Shown here piece after piece: positions 1-9,298 of a stretch of 64,000 nt of DNA. The translations under genes and the position numbers were made by a program. The notes under the pieces were generated by a model. The model had not been told where the DNA came from. It was given only the letters and a program-made list of their open reading frames with translations, and did not search any database. Source of the DNA: Candidatus Buchananbacteria bacterium (lineage in GTDB: Bacteria > Patescibacteriota > Patescibacteriia > Buchananbacterales > UBA6539); contig JABWCG010000001.1 of the NCBI GenBank assembly GCA_013359225.1, positions 134,410 to 198,409 on the forward strand, written 5' to 3'. Each line of letters begins with the position of its first letter. The first letter of the stretch is position 1.

Positions 1-917
1 TTGACAATTTTGTTTCCGGAGACGAAAGCAATATTGATCATTTACTGCAAAATCCTGACTTTCAGTTTATTAAGCACGACATCAATCAGCCCATTAACCT
101 GGAAGAGTTGCCGGAGTTAGAAAAATTTCAGGTCAAGTTTCAAGGTGTGCAGGAAATTTATCATCTTGCAGTTCCGACTTCGCCAAAGGATTTTGAACGT
201 CTAAAAGTTGATACGGTTTTGACTAATTCCGTTGGTACCAAAAATGTATTAGACTTGGCGGTTAAGTATAACGCGAAATTTTTGTTAACATCTTCAGCAG
301 TTGTTTACGGCCCGAGAAATACTCAAGACCCGTACTTCAGGGAAGATTATATTGGCGAAGTTGATCAGCTGAGCCCGCGTGCCTGTTATGATGAAGGTAA
401 GCGTTTTGCTGAAACCTTAACGAGAACGTATGGTGAAGCACATAATCTTGACACCAAAATTGTCAGAATATTTAGAACGTACGGCCCACGAATGAAACTT
501 AAAACCGGCGAAATGTTACCAGACTTTGTATCCAACGCTTTAGAGGGTCAAGATTTGGTTATTTTTGGGGATGAAAATTTTTCTTCATCGTTTTGCCATG
601 TTTCTGACGTTGTCCAAGGGCTAACCAAGATTATGAAGAGCGGTGAAGCCGGACCAATTAATTTAGGCAGTGATTTGGAGTATAAAATTGTTGACGTGGC
701 GAAAAAAGTCATTGAGTTAACTAATTCAAAATCAAAAATTGTTTTTGAGAAACCGTTGCTGTTCATGAGTCCTTTGGGATTGCCGGATATTACGGCGGCA
801 AAAGAAAGATTTGGTTGGTTTCCGGTAGTGTTGTTGGAAGCGGGCATTAAGGGAGCGATTGATTATTTTCGAGCTCATAAAGCCATTCTTGGACCAACAT
901 CAAGATTAAAGAGATAA
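1..917 (+). CDS. NAD-dependent epimerase/dehydratase, UDP-glucuronate decarboxylase (UXS)-like; 5' end lies before the window
   Basis: Frame is open from base 3 (DNFVSG..NIDHLL.NPDFQFIKHDI), upstream of the ORF-track start at 108; motifs HLAVPTSP, RACYDEGKR (YxxxK), RIFRTYGPRM. Confidence 0.85.
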   Translation, partial: DNFVSGDESNIDHLLQNPDFQFIKHDINQPINLEELPELEKFQVKFQGVQEIYHLAVPTSPKDFERLKVDTVLTNSVGTKNVLDLAVKYNAKFLLTSSAVVYGPRNTQDPYFREDYIGEVDQLSPRACYDEGKRFAETLTRTYGEAHNLDTKIVRIFRTYGPRMKLKTGEMLPDFVSNALEGQDLVIFGDENFSSSFCHVSDVVQGLTKIMKSGEAGPINLGSDLEYKIVDVAKKVIELTNSKSKIVFEKPLLFMSPLGLPDITAAKERFGWFPVVLLEAGIKGAIDYFRAHKAILGPTSRLKR

Positions 918-926
918 AAAACCGCT

Positions 927-1598
927 ATGAAAGTAATTGCAGTTATTCCGGCATTCAATGAAGCTCGGGTGATTGGTCGAGTGATTAATGAAGTTAAATC
1001 GCGAGTTGATGAAGTCGTTGTAGTTGATGACGGCTCAACTGACGAAACTTTTGCGGTGTCCGAGAGCACCGGGGCTGTGGTTTTGCAGCATGTCATTAAT
1101 CGTGGCCAGGGTGCAGCTTTGCAAACTGGTATTATTTTTGCCCTAAAGCGTCAAGCTGATATCATTGTCACTTTTGATGCTGATGGCCAGCATCAAGCAA
1201 GTGAGATAACTCGAATGACTGAACCGCTACTGCTGGGAAAAGTTGATGTAGTCTTGGGTTCTCGATTTCTAGATTTTTCAAGCAATATGCCACCTAGCCG
1301 CCGGTTAGTACTTCAGCTTGCAACTTTATTTACTAAGGTTTATACCGGTCTGAAGGTCACTGATACCCATAATGGGTTTCGTGCTTTCTCACGCTTGGCA
1401 GCTGAAAAAATCGAAATCAAGCAGGACGGTATGGCTCACGCTTCAGAAATTATTGAGCAAATCAAAAAACGCCAGTTGCGTTTTGTAGAAGTAGCGGTCA
1501 AAATTGTGTATTCTGATTATTCGCTGCAGAAGGGTCAAAAACTATCCAACTCCTTTAAAATTCTTTGGGATTTAATTATTGGCCGTCTAACCAAATGA
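927..1598 (+). CDS. GT2 polyprenyl-phosphate glycosyltransferase (DPM1/PpgS/GacI-like)
   Basis: IPAFNE, VVVDDGSTD, NRGQGAA, FDADGQH, GSRF, TDTHNGFRAF motifs. Confidence 0.9.
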   Translation: MKVIAVIPAFNEARVIGRVINEVKSRVDEVVVVDDGSTDETFAVSESTGAVVLQHVINRGQGAALQTGIIFALKRQADIIVTFDADGQHQASEITRMTEPLLLGKVDVVLGSRFLDFSSNMPPSRRLVLQLATLFTKVYTGLKVTDTHNGFRAFSRLAAEKIEIKQDGMAHASEIIEQIKKRQLRFVEVAVKIVYSDYSLQKGQKLSNSFKILWDLIIGRLTK

Positions 1599-1924
1599 TT
1601 ATTAAGTTTATTATCATTTTATTCGTCTTAGTGGCGCTTTGGCGCACTTTTTGGCGCTTCAAAAAGAATGATATTACCGTTCAGGAATTGGTGATCTGGT
1701 CTGTTTTTTGGCTTGTGGTGGCGGCGGCAACGTTGGTGCCAAAGGAAACAGACACTATCGCCCAATTTGTTGGGGTTGAGCGGGGTGCGGATTTGCTAGT
1801 GTATCTCTCGATTTTGGTTTTATTTTTTGTCGTCTTTAAAATTATTGTCAAACTTGAAAAGATTGATCGGGACATCACTAAATTGGTCAGGGGAGTAGCA
1901 ATTACCAAAAAAGATGGTCAGTAA
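1595..1924 (+). CDS. DUF2304 small membrane protein (GacJ/Rv3632-like partner of the upstream GT2)
   Basis: Three hydrophobic segments, GVERGADL motif, C-terminal EKIDRDITKLVRGVAI; ATG at 1595 overlaps the GT2 stop (ATGA). Confidence 0.8.
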   Translation: MIIKFIIILFVLVALWRTFWRFKKNDITVQELVIWSVFWLVVAAATLVPKETDTIAQFVGVERGADLLVYLSILVLFFVVFKIIVKLEKIDRDITKLVRGVAITKKDGQ

Positions 1925-2960
1925 AGTTTTATTAGTTATTGTCACCTATAATGCCGCTGGGTATATCACCGACTGTCTGTCTAGTCTGGATAAAATTAAT
2001 TATCCAAAAGCTGATTTAGAAATTTTGATTATTGATAACAATTCCAGCGATAATTCAGTTGAGTTGATAAAGAGGAATTGGCCGGATGTCACAGTTGTTG
2101 CCAACCAGGCCAATTTAGGGTTTGCCGGTGGTAATAATATTGGTTTTCGATATGCGGTCGATAAACATTTTGATTTTGTTTATTTATTGAATCAGGATAC
2201 AGAAGCTGATCCTGATTTTTTGATTAATGCTTTGACGGTCGCCCAAACTGATTCTAAAATTGGGGCCGTTCAGTCAAAGTTATTACTGTTTGATGATCAG
2301 GCCAAAATTAACAGTATTGGCAACGAGATTCATTATCTAGGCTTTGGTTACGCCGGCGGCCACAAAACCAAAGACCATAGTATTGGGGAGCGTGAAATCA
2401 CCTATCCGTCCGGTGCTGCAAGTTTATTTTCGGTTACTGCACTAAAAGATGTTGGTTTTTTTAATGAAGAATTTTTTATGTACCATGAAGATTTGGATCT
2501 GGGTTGGCGGCTGTGGTTGGCAGGCTATCGGATAGTTTTAGCGGGTCAGTCGGTGGTTTATCATAAGTATGAATTTTCGAGAAGTATCAAGAAGTTTTAC
2601 TTTATGGAGCGCAATCGTCGGCTTGTTGTCTTTCAAAATTATAAGCTAGGAACCTTGATATTAATTGCTCCAGCCTGCCTAGCGATGAATTTAATGATGC
2701 TTGGCTATTCTTTTATCGCCGGATGGCATCGTGAATTATTTAGATCGTACGCTTATTTATTGAAATCAGAAAACTGGCAAAAAATAAAAAAGACTCGGCA
2801 GCAAGTTCAGTCTAAGCGCCGAGTTCCTGACAGGGAGGTGGTTAAGCGGTTTGTTGGTAAAATTGAATTCCAAGATTTAAATAATCCACTCCTTAAATAT
2901 GTTGTTAATCCAGTATTTAATTTTTATTGGCTAATGGTAAGAAGGTTTATTTGGTGGTAA
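1914..2960 (+). CDS. GT2 glycosyltransferase (rhamnosyltransferase-like)
   Basis: IVTYN, IIDNNSSD, NLGFAGGNN, LLNQD, FFMYHEDLDLGWR. Confidence 0.9.
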   Translation: MVSKVLLVIVTYNAAGYITDCLSSLDKINYPKADLEILIIDNNSSDNSVELIKRNWPDVTVVANQANLGFAGGNNIGFRYAVDKHFDFVYLLNQDTEADPDFLINALTVAQTDSKIGAVQSKLLLFDDQAKINSIGNEIHYLGFGYAGGHKTKDHSIGEREITYPSGAASLFSVTALKDVGFFNEEFFMYHEDLDLGWRLWLAGYRIVLAGQSVVYHKYEFSRSIKKFYFMERNRRLVVFQNYKLGTLILIAPACLAMNLMMLGYSFIAGWHRELFRSYAYLLKSENWQKIKKTRQQVQSKRRVPDREVVKRFVGKIEFQDLNNPLLKYVVNPVFNFYWLMVRRFIWW

Positions 2961-3258
2961 CATCTTTAATCCACGCTTCGTAGTCTTTAGTAGTGAGAAA
3001 AAATTCCTTTTTGATGCAGGGCACTTGGTAGGAGTGCATTTTTTTTACCATTTTTTTTATATCATTCCAGTCTGATCCTTTGGCGGTAAGAAACGTTGCA
3101 ATTTCATTTGATTTTTGAACTTTATTTTTCCACCAGTAGTGACTTTTAATTGGTAAAAAGGTCGCGCAGGCGATTAGTCTGTTTTTTAATAAGGCGTTGG
3201 TGATTTTTTGAGCCTCGGTTAAATTTTTATAGGTAACGTAAATGGTGATTAATTTCAT
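2947..3258 (-). CDS. cutA: Divalent-cation tolerance protein CutA
   Basis: LLKNRLIACA, SHYWW, HSYQVPCI, YEAWI. Confidence 0.88.
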   Translation of the reverse strand: MKLITIYVTYKNLTEAQKITNALLKNRLIACATFLPIKSHYWWKNKVQKSNEIATFLTAKGSDWNDIKKMVKKMHSYQVPCIKKEFFLTTKDYEAWIKDVTTK

Positions 3259-3264
3259 GACTAA

Positions 3265-3273
3265 ATTATACCA
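3265..3273 (-). promoter_or_regulatory. Extended -10 promoter (TGGTATAAT) for cutA, probably leaderless
   Basis: Minus-strand TGGTATAAT ends 6 nt before the cutA ATG at 3258. Confidence 0.6.
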
Positions 3274-3288
3274 TTTTTTCTAAAATAA

Positions 3289-3317
3289 TTGAATTTTTAG
3301 CCAATTTAAGCTACTAT
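3289..3317 (+). promoter_or_regulatory. Sigma70-type promoter for the GT4 operon, probably leaderless
   Basis: TTGAAT-17 bp-TACTAT, then 6 nt to the ATG at 3324. Confidence 0.55.
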
Positions 3318-3323
3318 ATCGGT

Positions 3324-4472
3324 ATGAAAATTGCTATTGTTACTCCAACTTTTCCGCCATATGCCGGTGGTATTGGCAATGTGGCGGCGTTTAATGCCCG
3401 ACAGCTTGTTAGTCATGGTCATCAGGTGACGGTGTTTACTCCTCAGTATAAAATGGTGGCAGAAGAGGCTACCGACCTGGAGGTGAGGCGCATCAAACCT
3501 CTTATTAAATATGGCAATGCGGCGTTTGTGCCGGCCTTGGGCTGGATGCTGAAGGGATATGATCTCGTCCATATTCATTATCCTTTTTTTGGCGGTGCTG
3601 AAACGGTTTGGCTGTATCAAAGAAGGTTCAAAAAACAAAAAACCAAAATCGTGCTGCATTATCACATGGATGTGGTTGGTGAAGGAATATTCAAGTTGAT
3701 TTTTAAGATCCATCGAGCAATCTTTCTACCAAAAATTATTAAGATGTCAGACAGGGTTATTGTAACATCGATTGATTATGCCAAGAATTCAAATATTGCG
3801 GGGATGTTAGCAAAAACGCCTGCTAAATTCATTGAAGTCCCAAATGGTGTCGACGCCAACCATTTTGCGCCTCAGTCAAAAGATGAGTCGTTGTTGCAAA
3901 AACATCAGATCAATCAAACTGATAAGGTTGTGTTGTTTGTCGGCGGCCTTGATAAGGCCCATTATTTTAAAGGGATTGAATATCTTGTTGAAGCAATGAG
4001 TATTTTAAAGCAAGCGACTTATGAGTGGCGGCTGGTTGTTGTGGGTGAGGGGGAATTGCGTCGTGACTATCAGGATTTAGCGGCGCAACTAGGCATTGAT
4101 AATAAAGTCATTTTTACTGGGTATGTTCCAAACGATGACTTGGTAAAATATTATAATGTAGCAGATGTGGTTGTCTTGCCGTCAGTTGATAAGTCTGAGG
4201 CATTCGGGTTGACATTGGTTGAGGGTATGAGCTGTGCCAAAGCAGTTATTGCTTCAAATTTAGCCGGGGTTCGGGGAGTTATTGATCAGGAAATCAACGG
4301 ATTAGTTGTTCAGCCGCGAGACGCGAATGATTTGGCAACTAAAGTAAATTTTATTTTAATGCACCAAACACTGGCTGGTGAATACGGTCTGGCCGGACGT
4401 GAGAAAGTACTAAGAAAGTACAACTGGAAAATTATCGGCGAGCAGCTTGATAATCTCTATAAAAATTTATGA
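3324..4472 (+). CDS. GT4 glycosyltransferase
   Basis: PPYAGGIG, VPNGVD, LFVGGL, KGIEYL, EAFGLTLVEGM (ExFGxxxxE). Confidence 0.92.
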   Translation: MKIAIVTPTFPPYAGGIGNVAAFNARQLVSHGHQVTVFTPQYKMVAEEATDLEVRRIKPLIKYGNAAFVPALGWMLKGYDLVHIHYPFFGGAETVWLYQRRFKKQKTKIVLHYHMDVVGEGIFKLIFKIHRAIFLPKIIKMSDRVIVTSIDYAKNSNIAGMLAKTPAKFIEVPNGVDANHFAPQSKDESLLQKHQINQTDKVVLFVGGLDKAHYFKGIEYLVEAMSILKQATYEWRLVVVGEGELRRDYQDLAAQLGIDNKVIFTGYVPNDDLVKYYNVADVVVLPSVDKSEAFGLTLVEGMSCAKAVIASNLAGVRGVIDQEINGLVVQPRDANDLATKVNFILMHQTLAGEYGLAGREKVLRKYNWKIIGEQLDNLYKNL

Positions 4473-4843
4473 AAGACATACGGCAGATAATTTTTTGGTG
4501 GCTGGCAACCTTGTTGTGGTTTGGGGTAATATACTATTTTTCCAATCAGCCCGATTTAAAATCGCAATTTTTGCCGTCTTGGGATTTGGTGTTACGTAAA
4601 ATTGCTCATTTAGCAGAGTTTTTTGTTCTGGCATATTTATTTTTTAGGGCGTACCAGTCTGTAGGTTTTTCCAAAATAAAAAGTTTGATTTTTGCCCTTA
4701 TGTTTTCAGTGTTAGGTGCGGTCTTTGATGAATGGCATCAGAGCTTTATTTCTGGCAGAGTTGCCAGTATTACTGATATACTAATTGATAGTATTGGAGC
4801 TTTGGGGTTTAGCGTTTTACAGTTTAATCATTTGCGTAAATGA
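4469..4843 (+). CDS. VanZ-family membrane protein
   Basis: RKIAHLAEFFVL, DEWHQSFISGR, DILIDSIG. Confidence 0.85.
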   Translation: MKDIRQIIFWWLATLLWFGVIYYFSNQPDLKSQFLPSWDLVLRKIAHLAEFFVLAYLFFRAYQSVGFSKIKSLIFALMFSVLGAVFDEWHQSFISGRVASITDILIDSIGALGFSVLQFNHLRK

Positions 4844-6006
4844 AAATCTGTGTAATTCATAGCTTATTTAGGCCATATAAACGCGGCGGCGCCGAGGTGG
4901 TGGTTGATATTGTCGTTAATGAACTGGTTAAGATGGGCCACCGGGTTGTTATTATTACGCTTGGGCGAAAAAATCAGATCTATCAGGAAGCGGGGTTGAC
5001 TATCTATCGGATTAACCCGCTTAATGTGTTTTCTTTTTTGGATATCGACAAACGGCCGATTTGGTTGAGGATTTTTTGGCATCCGCTGGACGTATTTAAT
5101 GTGAGTAGCTATTTTAAAGTTAAAAAAATTTTAAAGCTGGAATCACCCGACGTGGTGATGACCCATAATCTTAAGGGTATTGGCTATCTTGTTCCGAAAG
5201 CGGTGCGATCTTTGCGGTTAAAACACATACATACCATTCATGATGTTCAGTTGTCTCGGCCTTCAGGGTTAATTTTGTATGGTCAGGAAAAACCCTTTTT
5301 AATTATTGATAAAATCTATGAAAAGATAGTGCGGGCTTTGATTGGCAGTCCGGACATTGTGGTGTCGCCATCAAGATGGCTAATGGGGTATTACCAGGCG
5401 CGCGGGTTTTTTTACGAATCAAAAAAGATTATTATGCCAAACCCCATTGTTTTTAAAAAGATTGATAAAAACATCGGTAAGGATAAGCCCGAAGGCTTGG
5501 TGACGCTGTTGTTTGTCGGCCAAATTGAGCAGTTTAAAGGCATTCTATTTTTGATTGAAGCCTTGAAGAAAGTCCGATTAAATAATTGGCGGCTGCAGAT
5601 TATTGGTTCAGGAAATGCACAAGACTTGGTGCAGCAAAAGATTATTGGGGACAGCCGTTTTGAAATGGTTGGTCGGGTATCTCAAGAAGAGCTTTTGGAG
5701 TATTATCGCGCCGCTGATGTTACGGTGGTGCCGTCGCTTTGCTATGAAAATTCACCGAAGGTAATTGATGAAAGTTTAATTGCCAATGTCCCTGTGATCG
5801 CCTCTGACATTGGCGGAGTGTCGGAAATTGTTAAAGATGATTATAATGGTTTTACCTTCGCTCCCGGCAACGAAAAAAATTTGATTGAGGTATTGGAATA
5901 CTTTTTATCTCATCCGGAAAAAATTGATGAACTAAAGAAAAATTGTTTTATTTCCGTTCGAAATTTTTCTACTAGCAACTACTTAAAAAAATTAATTTCT
6001 TTGTAA
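4840..6006 (+). CDS. GT4 glycosyltransferase
   Basis: RGGAE, HTIHD, LFVGQI, VVPSLCYENSPKVIDES. Confidence 0.9.
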   Translation: MKICVIHSLFRPYKRGGAEVVVDIVVNELVKMGHRVVIITLGRKNQIYQEAGLTIYRINPLNVFSFLDIDKRPIWLRIFWHPLDVFNVSSYFKVKKILKLESPDVVMTHNLKGIGYLVPKAVRSLRLKHIHTIHDVQLSRPSGLILYGQEKPFLIIDKIYEKIVRALIGSPDIVVSPSRWLMGYYQARGFFYESKKIIMPNPIVFKKIDKNIGKDKPEGLVTLLFVGQIEQFKGILFLIEALKKVRLNNWRLQIIGSGNAQDLVQQKIIGDSRFEMVGRVSQEELLEYYRAADVTVVPSLCYENSPKVIDESLIANVPVIASDIGGVSEIVKDDYNGFTFAPGNEKNLIEVLEYFLSHPEKIDELKKNCFISVRNFSTSNYLKKLISL

Positions 6007-6013
6007 ACAAAAG

Positions 6014-6042
6014 AAAAACGACCAACGGTTGATGGTTGGTCG
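6014..6042 (-). terminator. Intrinsic terminator of orphan B
   Basis: Stem CGACCAAC/GTTGGTCG (6019-6026/6035-6042) followed on the minus strand by TTTTT. Confidence 0.75.
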
Positions 6043-6070
6043 CAAGAGCAAGGATGAATTGCGGGGTTGG

Positions 6071-6439
6071 TCAGACAGCAACGGGCTGTCGGCCTTGGGA
6101 ACGCTGGATTGCCTCGGTGATGGCTTCTTCGGCGAAGAAGCCTTGAATTGAGGGTTTGCTGGCAATGTTTGCCGCCAGCATCCGGAGTTCGTCAGCCTTG
6201 TAGCTGACTTCATGAAGGAGTTCGAAAGCGTTGGGTACGTTTGGAACGTATTCGAATCGTTCGGCAATTCGATCCCAGAGTGCCTGGCCGGTGAGAGGAT
6301 TGTCTGGGTTATCGCAAGTCAGAGCGATGACTGCGACGCAAACCCATTCTTCATCTCCTCCCATCCAGAGGAAGTCCAGCAATTCGGCCATCTCTTCATG
6401 GCCGTTTGCCAGTTCGGCAAAAGTGCGAAGTAAAGGCAT
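6071..6439 (-). CDS. Orphan protein B, 122 aa, paralogue of orphan A
   Basis: Start re-called to ATG 6439, which follows a GGAGG; own promoter and terminator; aligns by eye to 6546..7031. Confidence 0.75.
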   Translation of the reverse strand: MPLLRTFAELANGHEEMAELLDFLWMGGDEEWVCVAVIALTCDNPDNPLTGQALWDRIAERFEYVPNVPNAFELLHEVSYKADELRMLAANIASKPSIQGFFAEEAITEAIQRSQGRQPVAV

Positions 6440-6493
6440 AAGACGGTACCTCCGTGGTTGGTTTGAGTTGGGTGCCTGCCTTTTGGTAATTTG

Positions 6494-6522
6494 AAAGTAC
6501 CATAAAACACTAAAAAAATCAA
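6494..6522 (-). promoter_or_regulatory. Sigma70 promoter of orphan B
   Basis: TTGATT-17 bp-TACTTT with TG extension. Confidence 0.6.
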
Positions 6523-6530
6523 GTCTCAAT

Positions 6531-6558
6531 AAAAACGACCAGCGGTTAGGTGGTCGTT
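6531..6558 (-). terminator. Intrinsic terminator of orphan A (stop codon lies in the loop)
   Basis: Stem AACGACCA/TGGTCGTT running into a T-tract; 6531-6547 matches 6014-6030 at 16 of 17 positions. Confidence 0.75.
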
Positions 6559-7031
6559 GACGGCATCTTGACTTCCAGGATGCGTTCAATTTCTTCGGCG
6601 ATATTCCGAATATTTTTTCCGATTTGCGGCCTGTCAATGCCGGTTTCATCGGTTTCGGAATAAAACTTTTGCCGCAGATGGGCAAGCAGTTCTTCGTCGG
6701 AAAGGGGTGTTTCGCTGCCGTTGCAGCAGAGTATGGTTAGTGCTGCTGCGATTGCGTGATGGCTTAATTTCCGCAGCTCGCTACAGGAGCAAAGGAAATC
6801 AAAAATCACAATTAGCTCAAGGTTGCCGTTATGCAGCGCTTCAATGGTTGTGAACGGGTCAAACAATTCGACCAAAATTCGGCCAAGACCAGAACATTGA
6901 TTGCTGTTAAACAGCGAACACTCAGTGCAGATTTTCCCCCTTGACTCAAGAAAATCATGGAAGAAGGTGTCAGGTGGTTGCGGGCACTGTACCCGCGATA
7001 GTGCATGCACTACAAACGCCGGTGTGTCCAT
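6546..7031 (-). CDS. Orphan protein A, 161 aa, Cys-rich N-terminus
   Basis: Purine-rich SD (AAAGGAAGGGAG) just before ATG; CxxC plus further Cys; own promoter and terminator. Confidence 0.75.
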   Translation of the reverse strand: MDTPAFVVHALSRVQCPQPPDTFFHDFLESRGKICTECSLFNSNQCSGLGRILVELFDPFTTIEALHNGNLELIVIFDFLCSCSELRKLSHHAIAAALTILCCNGSETPLSDEELLAHLRQKFYSETDETGIDRPQIGKNIRNIAEEIERILEVKMPSTTT

Positions 7032-7104
7032 ATCTCCCTTCCTTTTCTATGGTAACCCCGCTGGGTGGGGGTTTTGGCGCGGTTAGCGAATGAAGCTATA
7101 GGAC

Positions 7105-7133
7105 ACTTTAGTGTTTGTTGAAAAAAATGTCAA
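7105..7133 (-). promoter_or_regulatory. Sigma70 promoter of orphan A
   Basis: TTGACA-17 bp-TAAAGT; the -35 contains the TGA stop of the upstream membrane-protein gene. Confidence 0.65.
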
Positions 7134-9226
7134 TCCTTTGAATATTTAAAAATAGTCACTGTCCCATTATCAATCTCGTAAATTTGATCGGCGGTTTTTT
7201 TAGCTTTAGCTTTGATTTTTTCAGCATTATTCCAATAACTATTTAAAACAAAGTAACCTTCATTAACCCCGGTTGCTGACATTGCCCGATTCATAGTTTC
7301 CTTTGTAGTATCCTGATAAATCATCGCCAAGAAGTGCTCATATAAAGTTTGGTTTTTGCCGCTGGGCATTGAGTAGAAAAATTGATCGCCGTAGTATTTT
7401 TTAAAACCAAATTCGTTAATAGCCGCGACGCCGATCATTTGATTTGCCAGAACAATATGGTCAGGGCTGGCAATTTGCTCGATGAAGTTAACTGCTTTGA
7501 TATCCGATTCGGAAACACTAAAAAATTTTGCCGGCTGGTACCGATCAAGCGCCGGGTATGATAGGTATAAAGAAATACTGAGCCCGCCGCTAATGGCAAA
7601 AACTAAAAATATTTTTGCAAACCAATCTTTTTCCCACAGGTTTTTGATAATAATTGAAAGTCCAAGTAGGAAGAATGGCAGCAGAATGTAAAATGTCAGC
7701 ACTAATAGTCTGCTAACAAAGTCGGCTTGGTCGTTATCGCGTAGGCTAGGGAACGTTAACCAATAGCGAATAATTAAATAATCAGCAAAAAGTACTGCCG
7801 CCGCCGCTAAGAAAGGTGCGTTGTTTTTGAGTAAGCGGCGTTTAGTAACATACATGATACCTAGCAGGATAATCGCTGACGCGATAATCAGGCGATTTAG
7901 ATCAGCTAGATATACGAGATTGAGAGCTAAATCAAACTTGTTAACCCATCCGGCAATTGAAATATCCGTCAATTTGAAATCAGGATCAAAGTTAATCGCT
8001 GAACCGTTGAGAAGAAAAGCCATGGGTAAGAAAATAACAAATACTGCCGCCGCCAAAAAGTATAATGTTAAGTATTTGCTATAGCTGTTGTATAAGATTT
8101 TAAACAGGTTTAGCAGTATAACGGCGATAATCAGTGGAATGCCGGCGAGCGGATGAACAGCCGTGGTGGCAAATGCTAAAAGGTATAATATCATGCCATC
8201 AACCTGGTTGCGGTAATAAAGCAGCGACAACAAAATGGTGATTAAAAATAGTACATTAGCAAGATTTTGCGGCGCCGTCATAATAAAACTGCTAAACGGT
8301 ATGACAAGTGCTGCTAGTGCTAAAGTGAGAGCGTAGTTTTTATGGAGCCAGAGATTAAAAACATAAAAAATTGTTGGGCCGACTATTAGTGAAAATAGTG
8401 CCGGAACTAGTACGCGATCAATCAAACTTAGGTCAATCATTGAAATTTTAGCAAGAAAAATTACAATGGCGTATTGCCCGAGGTAGTATAGCGGTGTGGG
8501 GTGGATCTGCCCGGTGGCGCTAATTATTCTTTCGGTCGCCTGGTGGATAAAAGGATCAAATCCATAGCCAATTTTATAGACAATCGTGGCAATGCCGGTA
8601 CTTAGGAAGGTATGAATAATAATTAACGCCAGCGGCCCCTTGGTTCGGTGCGAACGTAAGAGGTACGTTGCTAAAATGGTGGTAGCGATAAAATAGATTG
8701 GGAAGAAAAATTGATGTACTGTTTGCCAGGGAGTTTGAATTGATTGAGTGGTCTGGCCTTGAACCAATAGATAAAATCCGCCGGCGGCGAAAAAGAGATA
8801 TGCAATAGCTAATAAGAAATTAGTTTTAGATTCGCGCCGCTCGTCAAATTTATCAAGATAATTTTTTATCAGTTCTTTGACAGACAGTTTTTTTCTTAAG
8901 TGGGAATAGTAGTAGGGCGTAATGAACAGCATTGGTAATAGAAACACCAGGGAAATTATAAAATAGTCATCAAGTTTCAAAAAGAGCAGTGCTACCGTCC
9001 CGGCCAAGCTGATTAGCGCTAACAAAAAAACAAATCCCAGCATGATTTGCCATCCTGGTTTGGCGATAAAAATCGAGCCAAGAATGAAGCTCAGGAATAA
9101 TAAGTAACAGAAAGTCAGGCCCAGTGCCACGATTTGATTTTGCCAGGCAGTGATATTAAAAACCAGACCAAAGCAAAGGATGGCTGAGATGAGAACATAT
9201 TGAGACTGGCTTAGTTTTTCTTCCAT
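7130..9226 (-). CDS. Large polytopic membrane protein, probable GT-C-fold glycosyltransferase
   Basis: Many TM segments, loop GYGFDPFIHQ, HPTPLYYLGQY, HPLAG, soluble C-terminal domain; glycan-locus context. Confidence 0.55.
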   Translation of the reverse strand: MEEKLSQSQYVLISAILCFGLVFNITAWQNQIVALGLTFCYLLFLSFILGSIFIAKPGWQIMLGFVFLLALISLAGTVALLFLKLDDYFIISLVFLLPMLFITPYYYSHLRKKLSVKELIKNYLDKFDERRESKTNFLLAIAYLFFAAGGFYLLVQGQTTQSIQTPWQTVHQFFFPIYFIATTILATYLLRSHRTKGPLALIIIHTFLSTGIATIVYKIGYGFDPFIHQATERIISATGQIHPTPLYYLGQYAIVIFLAKISMIDLSLIDRVLVPALFSLIVGPTIFYVFNLWLHKNYALTLALAALVIPFSSFIMTAPQNLANVLFLITILLSLLYYRNQVDGMILYLLAFATTAVHPLAGIPLIIAVILLNLFKILYNSYSKYLTLYFLAAAVFVIFLPMAFLLNGSAINFDPDFKLTDISIAGWVNKFDLALNLVYLADLNRLIIASAIILLGIMYVTKRRLLKNNAPFLAAAAVLFADYLIIRYWLTFPSLRDNDQADFVSRLLVLTFYILLPFFLLGLSIIIKNLWEKDWFAKIFLVFAISGGLSISLYLSYPALDRYQPAKFFSVSESDIKAVNFIEQIASPDHIVLANQMIGVAAINEFGFKKYYGDQFFYSMPSGKNQTLYEHFLAMIYQDTTKETMNRAMSATGVNEGYFVLNSYWNNAEKIKAKAKKTADQIYEIDNGTVTIFKYSKD

Positions 9227-9298
9227 TGTCTATTTTTATATCAGGATGATTATATTTTAGCACAAAATGCCTAATGTTTGCTATAATAATAAGGTATT

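Noticed and set aside
6014-6558. Repeated hairpins as CRISPR repeats or integron attC sites
   Set aside because: Only two imperfect copies about 520 bp apart, with T-tracts typical of terminators; no cas or integrase gene and no clear attC box structure
6440-6685. N-terminal extension of the 204-aa ORF 6071..6685, suggesting a fusion or frameshift with orphan A
   Set aside because: It runs through A's terminator and B's promoter; a GGAGG-ATG at 6439 gives a better start and similarity to A begins there
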